A DNA stretch of 62,914 bases, filler included, from Rhabdomonas costata (taxonomy: Eukaryota): assembly GCA_019059605.1 (NCBI GenBank). It is 54 parts of 54 records of this genome, joined end to end, with 100 filler letters (N's around TTAATTAATTAA, not from the genome) between each part and the next. Parts side by side here need not be neighbours in the genome. Positions count along the whole stretch, not along the records: positions 1 to 1,068 come from JAHMHO010030361.1; positions 1,169 to 2,236 come from JAHMHO010030362.1; positions 2,337 to 3,404 come from JAHMHO010030363.1; positions 3,505 to 4,574 come from JAHMHO010030364.1; positions 4,675 to 5,742 come from JAHMHO010030365.1; positions 5,843 to 6,910 come from JAHMHO010030366.1; positions 7,011 to 8,078 come from JAHMHO010030367.1; positions 8,179 to 9,246 come from JAHMHO010030368.1; 46 more parts are not named here. The stretch is one strand, 5' to 3'. Of the stretch, positions 1 through 11,515 are shown one piece after another (positions within the stretch are counted from its first letter, which is position 1; the number at the start of each line of letters is the position of its first letter). The notes below the pieces were generated by a model. It was not told the DNA's origin. It was given only the letters and a program-made list of their open reading frames with translations, and made no database searches. Position numbers and translations under genes: made by a program.

Positions 1-1065
1 GGTGGGGTTGCAGAGGGAGTGGACTTTCGCCTGTGGGGGACGGAGGTCTTCGCCTGGGACGCACTGGCGGCCGAAGGCTTTGCGATGGGAAGGCGGGCTT
101 GGCGAAGCTTCTTGGCCAACCCTTCGGCCAGGGAGATTCGTTTGGCCTTAATCTGCGATATATGGGTATGCGTGTGTGCGTGTGTTGGGCGCATTGCGCG
201 TAGCTGTTGCCTGGTTGACTGCTTGGTTGGTTGTTGGTGACCACTGTGGACAGACGGGCGCACGCGCTGTTGGCCACGCGTGCTCGCGAGAGGTGCCATT
301 GGAGCGAACGGTGCCGTGGGGACCGGAACCGGCTCACCGCCGAACGTTCCACATCTGGTAACCTCCCTTCAGCGACGGGTCCAGGGCCATTGTCGCGCAG
401 CTGCTCTTTTCCAGCGGCTACCAGCATTGTTCCATTGCTGCTCAGGTCTCTGCGACTCCACACTCCTTCCTTGGGGGGCTGGGGCCTTTCTCGTGGGAAC
501 CTGTGCCTGTGTCGGCGCGTGTGTGTGTGTGTGGGGGGGGCTTCAATGCTTCAATGACCCCACACCTGACCAACCTAGTCCGTTCTCTGGCTCCTCGAGA
601 AAAAAGTGCATCAGCAAAAATCAAACTTGCGATTAAGAATCGAAAAGGCCCTAAAAAGCACATGGAAACAGGAGAAACACAAAAACGCCACAGAATCTGA
701 CTCGCAACACTTATCACCAAACCATTGCCCGGGTCACCACAAAAGGTACCTAAAAAATCACCATTTGGGCATGCACAGGTTTAAGAATGCCAATGCCGCA
801 AAGTGCCACTTTGGGAGTTCTGCGATATGTAGAACGCCGAAAACCGTTGACATAGCACAGGCCATATATCACCCGGTCACAAGAGATGGTGAGCACTGAA
901 CCAACTGCGCAGGACCTTCTCGGATTGAGTCACGGGCTGAGGAACAGGCAGCTTCAGCAGGTTCACCAGAGACACTGCTGAGGAACGGCCACTGCCCGTG
1001 GAGCTTCCCGTGGAAAACCCGGTGACGCTGCTCTCGGAGTCCTCGGCAAAGGCGCCCTCACCCAC
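1..1065 (-). CDS. Exon fragments of a hypothetical low-complexity protein
   Basis: GC-rich open segments at ~896-1065 (EGAFAEDSESSVTGFSTGSS...), ~265-447 and 1-152 have AG/GT-like borders. No recognisable family, and exon phases are uncertain. Confidence 0.35.
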
Positions 1066-1068
1066 AAC

Positions 1069-1168
1069 NNNNNNNNNNNNNNNNNNNNNNNNNNNNNNNN
1101 NNNNNNNNNNNNTTAATTAATTAANNNNNNNNNNNNNNNNNNNNNNNNNNNNNNNNNNNNNNNNNNNN
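1069..1168. other. Artificial contig-joining spacer (first of 53 identical spacers)
   Basis: N44 + TTAATTAATTAA + N44 recurs every ~1,167 nt to the end of the window. The 12-mer puts stops in all six frames, and the intervening contigs are all ~1,067 bp, i.e. small contigs of matched length stitched together. Confidence 0.99.
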
Positions 1169-1490
1169 GTTGTGGGGTGACTTGAACATCTTCTCGAGCC
1201 CGAACCGGCTAGGGGCATGCTGGATTATAACACCGGGTCTGCGAGCTGAGAAAGCAAAATCCCTCGGATGTCAGTTGGTGACTGAGCACGGAAAAGCATG
1301 AAGTCGAAGCAGCACATGTGGTTGGGCACTCCACAGCGGTGGAACAGACTCCAGGTGTGAGATTGTTCGCTTCGCAATGGGAAGCGGTTGCGGTCCGGAA
1401 CAGGAAAAAATGTAAATGAATCCCACACACACACACTTGCTCTCCAAAAAAATATTAATAAATATTAAAATAAAGGTCGACAAATCTTAA

Positions 1491-1806
1491 ACGAGGACGA
1501 GGATGAGATGACTATGGAGGAAGCGAAGCAGAGAGAGAGAACAGAAGGGGAATGACAAAGAGCCCAGTGGATCACCAACCAAGACGGGGACGATGACGAG
1601 ATGGCCACGGAGGAAGCGAGGCAGAGAAGGAGAGCTGAGCACAGGGGTAACAACGAAGAGCCCAGCGGATCACCAGCAAGGGCAACAATAAGATGGCCAT
1701 GGAGGGAGGGACGCAGAATGAGCAGAAGTTGAATGGTCAAGAACCCACGGGTTCATGACGAGGACGAGATGGCCAAGCACACGGAGAGACAGCGCGAGTG
1801 GACCAC
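1491..1806 (+). repeat. Degenerate purine-rich tandem repeat (~70-100-bp unit, ~4 copies)
   Basis: GACGAGATGGCCACGGAGGAAGCGAGGCAGAGA...GAGCCCAGYGGATCACCA recurs at ~1491, ~1589, ~1684 and ~1757. Confidence 0.7.
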
Positions 1807-3828
1807 AACACAGGACGCGACTGGGACGTTAAAGGGGAAACCCGGCGGAGAAGGGAGGCCCGACAAGTCTCCCCGATCGACGCCACCAGATCCGAGACCC
1901 CATGTCACCAACCATCAAACAGAGATTGCCCAAACGGCGCCCAGTCTTGAGGCCCAGCAGAACCCAGGGCGAGTCAGACGCCATGCACCACCCCCGATGA
2001 ATGACGGCCGACGCCTAAGTGCGCGGGGGAGAGGAATGGCAAGCAGAGCGGAGAGAGCCCCACAAGTCAGGAGGAGACCAGTGTCAGAGAGAAGCAATCG
2101 GAATGGCTGGAATAGACCGAGGAGCGAGAAATGGAAAGAGTGAAGAAAGAAACGGTGGGAAACCGTGGAGATCACCACGGGCAAGAATGGGCCCAGTGGA
2201 CATGGGAGCAAGGGAGAGAAAGGAGAACAACAAAACNNNNNNNNNNNNNNNNNNNNNNNNNNNNNNNNNNNNNNNNNNNNTTAATTAATTAANNNNNNNN
2301 NNNNNNNNNNNNNNNNNNNNNNNNNNNNNNNNNNNNTTGTGTGGTTGAAACCCACGAATAAAAAGCTCGAAAAAGAAACGTGGTGCAGAAAAAGAGATAG
2401 ACGATGGGAGAGGGCACAACGAGGCGCATTGGTACCACGTGCGTCCTCGACTCAAGCTTCTGCTTCTTGCTTGGTGGAGACATTGGGGAAGGAGAGATTA
2501 GCCCCGAAGCAAAAAGGCAGAGAAGGTCGTGGAGCTCCCCGGGCGCGGGCATTGATGAGAACGGGAGGGAGAGGTCAAAGAAATTCTCACCGAAGCACAA
2601 CTCTCCCCTTTGCTAAAAGACAGAGAGAGAGAGAGAGAGAGCAACCAGACAGACCTCATCCACACCCCACCACAAGACCTTCTGCAAAAGCATATCGCTT
2701 TCACGCATTGTTACAGTTTTTATGGTTATGGTTTTGTGGGTTTCCAACCATCCCTGTTAATAGCTCGTCAAGCGCATCCTTTTCTTTCGGATGCGGTACT
2801 TGGGCGTTCTTTGTGGCTTGTGCTTTCGGGCTGTGATGCTGCCACAGCTCCTGGGCTTTGTGTGCGTAAATAGTGAACGTTGGGAAAGCGTATCCGGTAC
2901 GTCCTCGATGTTTTACAGATTGACGGCACACAGGCAAAACCTCAGAACGGAGGGGAGGGGGGCCGCAGCCGCACATCCTGCTGTACTGTCATCTTTGAAC
3001 GCCGAAGCCGCAAAAACAAAATACCCCGCGGAGATCCTGTAGCAGGTTTCCCCATTGTGAAGTAATGGTGTGAATTCGATATACCAAAAAAAAAGACCAA
3101 AACTGATATGATCAGTTCCCCTCGTAAGGCCAATTTCGGCCGCGAAACCGATGAAAACTGCACCGGCGCAAACGACTGCAATACACTTGAGGAATGCGGG
3201 CACGAGCTGCACGAGTGAGGGAAAAAGGCCTCTTCCAAACGTCCAACCATCCCCAGCTTCTCAAATCACAGCGATGCAAGCAATCAGCGGAGTGTAAGAC
3301 ACGCGACAGCCGTGCACGACAAGCTGTAGCAAATCCTGAGACCCCACGGGCACTAAGTTACAATCACAGCGGGTTTAACAGCAAAATGCCGACCCCCCCC
3401 CCCCNNNNNNNNNNNNNNNNNNNNNNNNNNNNNNNNNNNNNNNNNNNNTTAATTAATTAANNNNNNNNNNNNNNNNNNNNNNNNNNNNNNNNNNNNNNNN
3501 NNNNTCCCCCAGAGATTGGGGGTCTTCATAGACAGGAAAGGCGAAATTCCTCGCTATTGACAAAATGGCTGGCAGGGGACTCAAATGATGCTGTACAGAA
3601 TCCCAAAGAACCCCAAAGAGAACATCGAACAACAAAAAAGGCCTCAGATCCGAAACCGTGTGAATTGAGACAAACGGCCAGCAGAAAGACCCGCAAATCA
3701 ACCCAACACAAATTAGGAGCCAGTGAAGCCGAGCTTTACCTCCACATTATTGTTGGCGTATACAACCGCACATGTTCCGCTACAAAAGTGAGTGACTGCA
3801 GCTGTTCCACCCTAGGGACCTGCATGGA

Positions 3829-4077
3829 TCAGCTTTGAGAAGAAAGACAACTTGTCTGATTTGAGATGAACGCAGAGCTCAGCCGAAGGGCAACAGGGGG
3901 AGAGGTTAGGGGTTGTAGCAAGCTGGCCATCACAGCGCCAGGGTCCACTACTTGCCCTCCGTCACCACCCTGCTGTTGTCTGTACACAAGCTCTTGCTGA
4001 TGGGCGCACAGAAGTGAAGAAGGGGTAGGGAAGCGTTCTGCAATTTGAGCGGCCTTGTCCATCGAGCAGCCGTGGAC
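3829..4077 (-). CDS. MUS81: MUS81/EME1-family structure-specific endonuclease, last exon (C-terminal helix-hairpin-helix)
   Basis: After a CT-rich tract and CAG, the exon reads VHGCSMDKAAQIAERFPTPSSLLCAHQQ...LTSPPVALRLSSAF...stop. This matches the MUS81 HhH pattern (LMQ)VxGVSxxKAxxxxxxYxTPxxLxxAY. EME1 is not excluded. Confidence 0.7.
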   Translation of the reverse strand, partial: VHGCSMDKAAQIAERFPTPSSLLCAHQQELVYRQQQGGDGGQVVDPGAVMASLLQPLTSPPVALRLSSAFISNQTSCLSSQS

Positions 4078-5347
4078 CTGATGCGTTGAGAGAGAGAGCA
4101 GCTTTGATGAGCAGCACGTATCGCTTTTTCTCTCTCTGCATCAAAGAAAATAGCGCTTGCGATGGTCCCGCTGGAATCTCAGAAAAGAATTCCTCTTCGT
4201 ATCCAGATGGCAGTACAAAGGCAGGCAATGAACAAAATGGCCATTGCACGGCAACATCATTCGTAGCAAAGAATCATTTTGATCTCATATCGGTTTCAAG
4301 ACGAACAACTCTGGGAACCTCTGATTCATCCATCGAAAGGTCCCAAGAATGACATTGGGACCTCGAAACCACCTCAAAAAAAGCGCTACAATTACAAAGG
4401 CATCACACGGAATAATTCCGGCACTCTCAGGAGCCAGCATGCAGTACTATACCCAATCCCACCCCAGAAACACAGCTAAGTGGGAAGATCTGACACACCA
4501 GAAAAACCCAGGAAAGGTACCCCAATACAAAATGTCTGATGTTGTGCCACAACCCACCAACCACACCCACCACANNNNNNNNNNNNNNNNNNNNNNNNNN
4601 NNNNNNNNNNNNNNNNNNTTAATTAATTAANNNNNNNNNNNNNNNNNNNNNNNNNNNNNNNNNNNNNNNNNNNNGGGTGTGGTGGGATGGGGGAGGGAAG
4701 TCGGTAGGATTGATTTGGGTTGATATATGGTTTACCAATCGTCTGCGTCAGCCCTATGCTTCTCCGATCGAGTACCTATGACTGCCGACTATCCACATCC
4801 AGCGCCACACTCTCCTAGGTTCCTGTGTGTTGCCTATGTGGTGTCTATGTGTTCTTAGGTTTCCGACGCTGGCATTCAGACCACTGCGTCGGTGGAGTAC
4901 CCCCCGCCCCCGGTGCTGCAGTTCGACACCCCGGACTCTGCCCTGGCTCACGGCCTAGAGGTGCTGATGCGTCAGGTGTGTGCCTGTTTCTTTCTGTAAG
5001 ATCCTTGCAATTTTCCTTGTAATTTGTACATGCCTGGCTTGTTGACTTGTTTCCCTTCCATACTCTACCTTTCAGTCGCGCTTGCGTAAGGGTTGTTTCT
5101 CCATAGCGGAGTGCACTGCGTACTGATTATTTTCAGCTTTTTCGCACTATAACGAAGCCTTTTGCTGGTTTGCAATTTCTTTGGTGGTGAGAAAGCTGGA
5201 CGGCAACCCCGCACGCTTATCCCCGCTTGTCATCCAGGCATTTTGATGGCAGTTTCTGAGAAAGAGGTCAATTTATCTATTTCTGAATCTTTGCGGTTTG
5301 GTGGACGAAAGAGATTGATCATCCTATCCCCGCCATCCTCACTGCAG

Positions 5348-5742
5348 ATCAGTGAGTCCATTCCTGGCGGAAGCCCCACCTTCCTGGCTCGGTTTGAGCA
5401 CCTCACTTACACCGCCCAAGTGATCCCGGGCGGCGCCAACGCCATTCCCAGCGTGGGGACATCCTTTCGGGAAATGCTGATGCCCTTTCGACGCCCCAAG
5501 ACGGTCCCCCGTGTGGTGCTGAACGACCTCACGGGAACCCTGCGGCCGGGGAAGATGACGCTGGTGCTGGGCCCTCCGCGGTCGGGCAGGAGCGCGTTCA
5601 TGAAGATCCTGAGTGGGCAGGCCATCGAGAACTCCGATGCCAAAGTCACCGGATCGCTGACCTTCAACGGGATTGACCGAACTCAAGTTCTCCGGGAGAG
5701 GGTGTGCGGGTACATCTCGCAGCGGGACGAGCACCACCCCAC
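5348..5742 (+). CDS. PDR-type ABCG transporter, exon covering the N-terminal region and start of NBD1 (partial)
   Basis: Acceptor CTGCAG at 5347, then ARFEHLTY...IPSVG...VLNDLTGTLRPGKMTLVLGPPRSGRS...VTGSLTFNG...GYISQRDEH. This is the typical PDR NBD1 Walker A to Q-loop region. Confidence 0.93.
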
Positions 5743-6589
5743 NNNNNNNNNNNNNNNNNNNNNNNNNNNNNNNNNNNNNNNNNNNNTTAATTAATTAANN
5801 NNNNNNNNNNNNNNNNNNNNNNNNNNNNNNNNNNNNNNNNNNTTTTGGGTTTGTGCAACGGCCATTGGGGGTGGGGGCAGGGGAAGGTTCAGTAAGGCAG
5901 TGATTTGGTGTTCAGGTTGAGTTCACGTCGCCCGGGCTGTGGCGGTGGGACTTGTTGGAGACAGCCCGTGAGCAGCTGTGGCGGTGCTGCACGGAGAACC
6001 CCTTGACTTGTGACTTTCAGGTGCCCCTGTGGAGGAACACTGAAGAACGTGAGGAAGGGGCGGTTTCCTGGCTATAGCTCTTTTTTCTTTCATTCACTTT
6101 TCCTTTTGCCAGCGGATGAATGGGGTGTGCAATGACGACATCAGTTTCATGGGTTCAAAGCAGTCTCTTAATCACTGATAGGGGTCCCGTATTGACGACT
6201 AACCCTTTTGAGCCCAAGCACGCCACCAAATAAAACAAACCCCCTGGGGCCGCATTCTAGGCGTCAGCACAAGTTCCTTTGCATTAACTACCAACCGGAA
6301 CCACCAAGCTTGTTGCGCTTGAGGGGCCCGGGTGGAGGGGGCTCGTCCGACCTACGGACACGATTTTTCCCCTTTCCCCTCACCTTTCACCTTTGTTGTC
6401 AGTCTTGCCCAGGAACAGAGGTGCAGCCTAAACGGCGTTGGCGGCGCTGTATCTGCAGAAACTCGGACCAGAGTATAACTCCTTTTTCAGTTTCCACCCG
6501 CTGCGATATCACCCTATTCGGTGGATTTCCGAGCTTCCCCATCTAAACACATGTATGGAGTTACTCCTTTCTACCGCTCACTCCCACAG

Positions 6590-6780
6590 CCCATCCTGGC
6601 GCAGTGCCAGCTTCCCCCGGACACGATGGTCAGCGGGCCTTCTGCCATGGGGCAGTCTCTGCTGCACCACTCTGTGCTGACCAAGTCGGTGGGCCTTGCG
6701 CGGCAACTGCTCGCGCACTCCGCCAACCCCTATGCCGCGGACTGGAGAGGCCAGACCGCCTTGCACTATGCCGCGGAAAG
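6590..6780 (+). CDS. Ankyrin-repeat protein, internal exon
   Basis: CAG|...|GT-bounded exon: GQSLLHHSVLTKSVGLARQLLAHSANPYAADWRGQTALHYAAE (ankyrin consensus GxTxLHxA). Confidence 0.88.
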
Positions 6781-7108
6781 GTGCTGCAGAGGACAGGAGC
6801 GGGGGAGAAGAAGAAGAAGAAGTTGGTTTTGATCGTGTTTTTAGTGCCTGTAACGTTGACCTCTGATGTGCGTAAAAGTTTGACCAGAACCACCACGCAC
6901 ACAAAAACACNNNNNNNNNNNNNNNNNNNNNNNNNNNNNNNNNNNNNNNNNNNNTTAATTAATTAANNNNNNNNNNNNNNNNNNNNNNNNNNNNNNNNNN
7001 NNNNNNNNNNTGTGGTGGTGTGACTTTTTTACGTATCAAGTAGAGAACAGGGGTGTGAGCCGAGGGACTCGCGTAGGAGATAACACGAGTGTCGATAATG
7101 TATATGGT

Positions 7109-7949
7109 ATGACTGACGAATATATAGTGTCGTCAGATGATAATGACATAGTGTCTGCGTACATAAGTGATAGAGTTAGGCGTGACCCATCCAGTAGGGG
7201 GGAACCAGCCACCATATCCGAAGCGACGTTAATCGTCACTTACAAGAGAGGGGAAAATCCAATCCTCAAGCTATTTGGGGATATTAATTTAATAAGACGG
7301 ACGTGTGTTTACACGTTGTCTTGGTTTGAGCGTCCTGCTTCTTCTGATACTTCCTCCTTCCCCGTTCTTGTGCCAGTTCGTCATGTGCGTTGCCCATGGT
7401 GTGCAAAGCTCATTATAGACACGAAATCTCGTGTGAGCGATTTGATCTGTAGAATATGTCTTACGGGGAAAGATCCCGATGATGTAAAAGACACAACGAA
7501 GTACCCTGATAGAACATTTTTGGACTTTGTATGTGATGAGAGTAATACAGATCATGAACGTCATAACTGTTTTCATGGGTGTTGTGAGAGTTGTTACATA
7601 CAACTGAGAGATATAACAACAACCTTTACGCCCACCGCAATGCCAACCCCAAGGGGGTACACCCTTGGTTTCTGCAGATGCGGGGCGAACCCGGGAAGAT
7701 TGCGGGTTTTGCCAAGATTGTTATAATAAAAAAGAGTCCACTACCTGTGTATGCGGACACCACAAACGTACAGACTTTGTGTTTTTCCACGACTGCGCAA
7801 GAAAACGCGCATTTATGAAGGGAAGCTACGTTCGACGATTCAGTCTTGGGACGCCCATGAAAATGTCGAACAGGACGGAATCCACGGACGAAATCGACGG
7901 ATTTAACTTCTCCGGACCACGCACGCTTTGGTGTGAAATGCCTTTGTAA
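7109..7949 (+). pseudogene. Intronless Cys-rich RING/zinc-finger gene with a frameshift, virus-like
   Basis: The ORF from ATG 7109 contains CPWC...CRIC...CFHGCCESC, then CRCG. A frameshift near 7690 continues as EDCGFCQDC...CVCG...FFHDC to a stop at 7949. It is AT-richer than host exons, intron-free and lacks GC3 bias. Confidence 0.6.
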
Positions 7950-8628
7950 CTAGGTTCCGAGCGGAGTGGAGAAATGGAACCATCTCGACAGGAAAGTTGA
8001 GGTTAAGGTTGAGGTTAAGGAGTTCATCTTCATGTGGATATGGTCTACTCTCGAGCCGGCGGTGTCGTCGATAAAGGCNNNNNNNNNNNNNNNNNNNNNN
8101 NNNNNNNNNNNNNNNNNNNNNNTTAATTAATTAANNNNNNNNNNNNNNNNNNNNNNNNNNNNNNNNNNNNNNNNNNNNGGTTGTGTGTAGCGCCGGCAAT
8201 TTCAATTTGTATTTTAGGTATTGGATTCCTGCAAAGTGATCACTGCACCGGCCAGTTCCGCAGGTACTCGAGTTCGGTTGGACTCTTGAGAAAGGGCACC
8301 AAATGGGTTATGTCTTGCATCGACACCACTTGCATTGCTGTCCCCCCCCCCCCGTAGGACGCACACACACGCGGAAACGAACGAACAAAAGATCCATTTT
8401 CTCCTCCGAATACTCGCTCCCACACTATGCCATGAATCTGCTGCACGAGAGAACTACTAGGGGCCAGACATCGGTGTTGGTTCCCGGCAGGTTAGCCTCC
8501 TACCTCCCAGTAAGACCCACTGACAAAGCATTGCTCAAGAAAGCCCTGAGTTCTCTCTCGATGTGTGTGTGTCTGAGCGTATGTGTCAAGTTATTCTATT
8601 GGTCATTCCATGTGTGTTTGCGGTTCAG

Positions 8629-9246
8629 CTTCTTCTAGCGCTGAACATGGAGAGGATGCGGCGGGCCTTTCCCGAGGCCTTCAGCTTTGTGCCCCGGACG
8701 TACTGGGACGCTAGGATGTTCCGCAGCATCCGGATGCAGGAGTGCCTGCAGGTCGGCGCGGAGCGCACGCCCCCTCCCATCCTTCTTCGCCCACAAACAC
8801 GCTCCCCTCGCAGGGGTCTCGGCTCCATACCTGCCAGTCCGAAACTGGTGCGGTGCTTGGTCTCGTGCGTTGGTCTCATACCCGCTACAGTGAGTGAAAC
8901 CGCCACTACATCCGAAACCTTGATCTTGCGTCGCTGCGTCCAGGACATTGTGGATTCTGGAATCCCCATCCGGCCGCAAATGCATGGGCACCTAACCCTC
9001 TGCAAGAGCTTCTTTCCAAACTTCAGAAGGCAGTTGCGTTGCCACTTGACACAGCAACGGTAGGAGTATTACTCATATAGGCGTGAGCCCGTTTTTTCAG
9101 TTTGCCATGACCATGGTATTCACACACACGTACCATCTGCTTTGTCTGTTCAGCTTCAGCGGCAGACCAACCCTCCCAAGCCCGCGCCCAAGGGCCGCCA
9201 CTCCCGCTCCGACCGCCCCTCTGGAACCGCCCGCCGGCCGTCGCCC
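8629..9246 (+). CDS. Tubulin-tyrosine ligase-like (TTLL polyglutamylase family), partial
   Basis: Exon 8629-8751 reads LLLALNMERMRRAFPEAFSFVPRTYW, matching the TTLL motif LARNMxRMxxxFPxxFxFFPRTW. The probable next exon starts at 9154. Confidence 0.8.
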
Positions 9247-10864
9247 NNNNNNNNNNNNNNNNNNNNNNNNNNNNNNNNNNNNNNNNNNNNTTAATTAATT
9301 AANNNNNNNNNNNNNNNNNNNNNNNNNNNNNNNNNNNNNNNNNNNNCTTATAGATTTGTTTTTGGAAGAAAAATAGGCATTTCGGATGTGCGACATATGG
9401 TTGTGAAAATGGCTATGAACAAACGTTCGGAAATGATTCGGTGACATTTGCAGACCGTACATGTAATAAAAAGTGAAATGAGGCAATTCAATTGGGGAGT
9501 TCCTTTCTTGTGAAGCGGTGGCTGTTGTAGAAGTCAGGCAGCCAGGATTATTGATCTTTTTGGAGTCTTTGGCAACATGTTGAAGCACAAAGAGTGTAAC
9601 AGGAAAAAGCGCAGCAGAGCACGTTGTTCACTGCAAGTGCAAGATTACATCTGCAAGGCAGGAGATGTGCAAATTATTTTGGGAGGCGAAACGGAGGATT
9701 CGCAATGTTTTGGAAGGGTGAAATAGAATCACCTGGGTCTCCATTCACCGTCGCATAGATTTCATAGATTTCATAGATTCCTCACGAGTCCCACAGGCTT
9801 TTTGTTTTTTGGGGTTTTGTAGGGGAGTCATAAGAGAGTCATCGTCCCGCACTCAGTCTTCACCCTGTCACCGCGGAATATGAACTTGGATGCAATTTCT
9901 TTTTTTGTCTGACTCGTGACTGCATGGATTCAGAACAGAAGCTTTTACTTTTTGTGCGCTGATAGTGGCTGTGGCACTGAAGTTAAAGGTGGAAAGGTTC
10001 ACCCCCGCTTTCAATGCAGTCATTCGCCTGCTGTCTCTCTCTGCGTGTTCTTGGGACAAAATGCTATTACCTTCTCTGTTTTTCTTTAGGGTGAATTCCT
10101 TTTATACACTTGCACCCCTTGTGGCGGATGCTGAGCACCAGTACTTTTTTATGAAATAATTGATGTATCTCGTGATCGTTAGCACCCTCTTTGCCGCTTG
10201 CACATTGACTGGATGGCGGGTAGCTCAAGCAATCCCGAGACTTCGACAAGCGCTACAAGCTGACTCCGTCAGCCCGCTTCACGCACGCCATCCACCATTA
10301 TTTGACGACAGTGCCGCAGACACCTGCCTGCAGCCTCAAGATTTCCCAGCACGGAGATACACCCCCAACCTCCCAGCCCTCCTGGGGTCTCAGCTCCCAG
10401 CGATACACACCACCNNNNNNNNNNNNNNNNNNNNNNNNNNNNNNNNNNNNNNNNNNNNTTAATTAATTAANNNNNNNNNNNNNNNNNNNNNNNNNNNNNN
10501 NNNNNNNNNNNNNNCCACCTCCATTGGATGGCTTCCTACCACGAACCTGGGGGTAGGACAAACACCTCCCCCCGAGGCTTCGATGCTTCGCGCAAAAAAA
10601 AGCTCCACGTAAAATTGGCTCACACGGACACCCACACAGATATCCCTATACAGTAAACCCTACACTAGACTTCGTTTCGTTACGGGAACAAAGTCAACGA
10701 ATGTATCATCGAAATAATAATGCCCCTAGAATTCAGCGATCTTGAAGCCTCCGCGAAACGTGGAATTAAATTTAAATAAGAAAGAAACTTGTGCACCGTT
10801 CTGAAGGCAAGTCACAAAAGGCAAAGATGCCAGGGATGGGGAAAGGGGGGAGAGGAAGGACAGC

Positions 10865-11515
10865 CTGCAGGTTAAAGGCACTGGGGACGTTAGTGACGAA
10901 GTAGCGCAGCAAGTCCAGCACATCCACCGTCCCAACAAACTGAGCGATAGAAGGGGCACTCGCCTAACCGCATCTGATGCGGTGGAAGTGGCGGCATTTT
11001 ACAGAGCAAACGTGTCCATGTTCAAAGCGCACCCTGGCCGAAGGAATCGAATCTTCATCATCGCCGGATAATATGAGTAGCACACCATCTTACGAATATC
11101 CATTGGGACGTTTAGTTCGCAGTGTCACGAGCCAGTCGAGCGACACAGATCAGGAAGCGCTATTGCCACAGCCACACCCTGCTGTAGCACAATGGCACCA
11201 CCACCCCCGCCCCATGCCACGCACAGCAAAGGGCAGCGCCTCATAGCATAGGACATAAGTTGACCAAGCTTACTTTCGTAGAAAAGTTCGCATTAGGGAC
11301 AAATATTTCCTGTTTCCAATCATACCAATCATAAAGTAGCAGAGATAACCGTGAGGAAAGGAAGAGCAATGGTGGTGGTAACGTGAGAGTGGAGAAAATG
11401 CCAACCTGGGCCTGTGGCCCGCACCCCCCGCCCAAGCAGCTGAAGACGGGTGCCACCAGGCTGGGCCTCTCACTGACCACCGCGGCGACATCGGCGAGGG
11501 AACTTTGCAGAGTAA
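10865..11515 (-). CDS. CBS-domain protein, two exons
   Basis: Exon 11515-11406 (TLQSSLADVAAVVSERPSLVAPVF...) splices in frame to exon 10939-~10865 (FVGTVDVLDLLRYF), giving the CBS pattern APV-x(n)-FVGxxxxxDxL. Confidence 0.75.
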
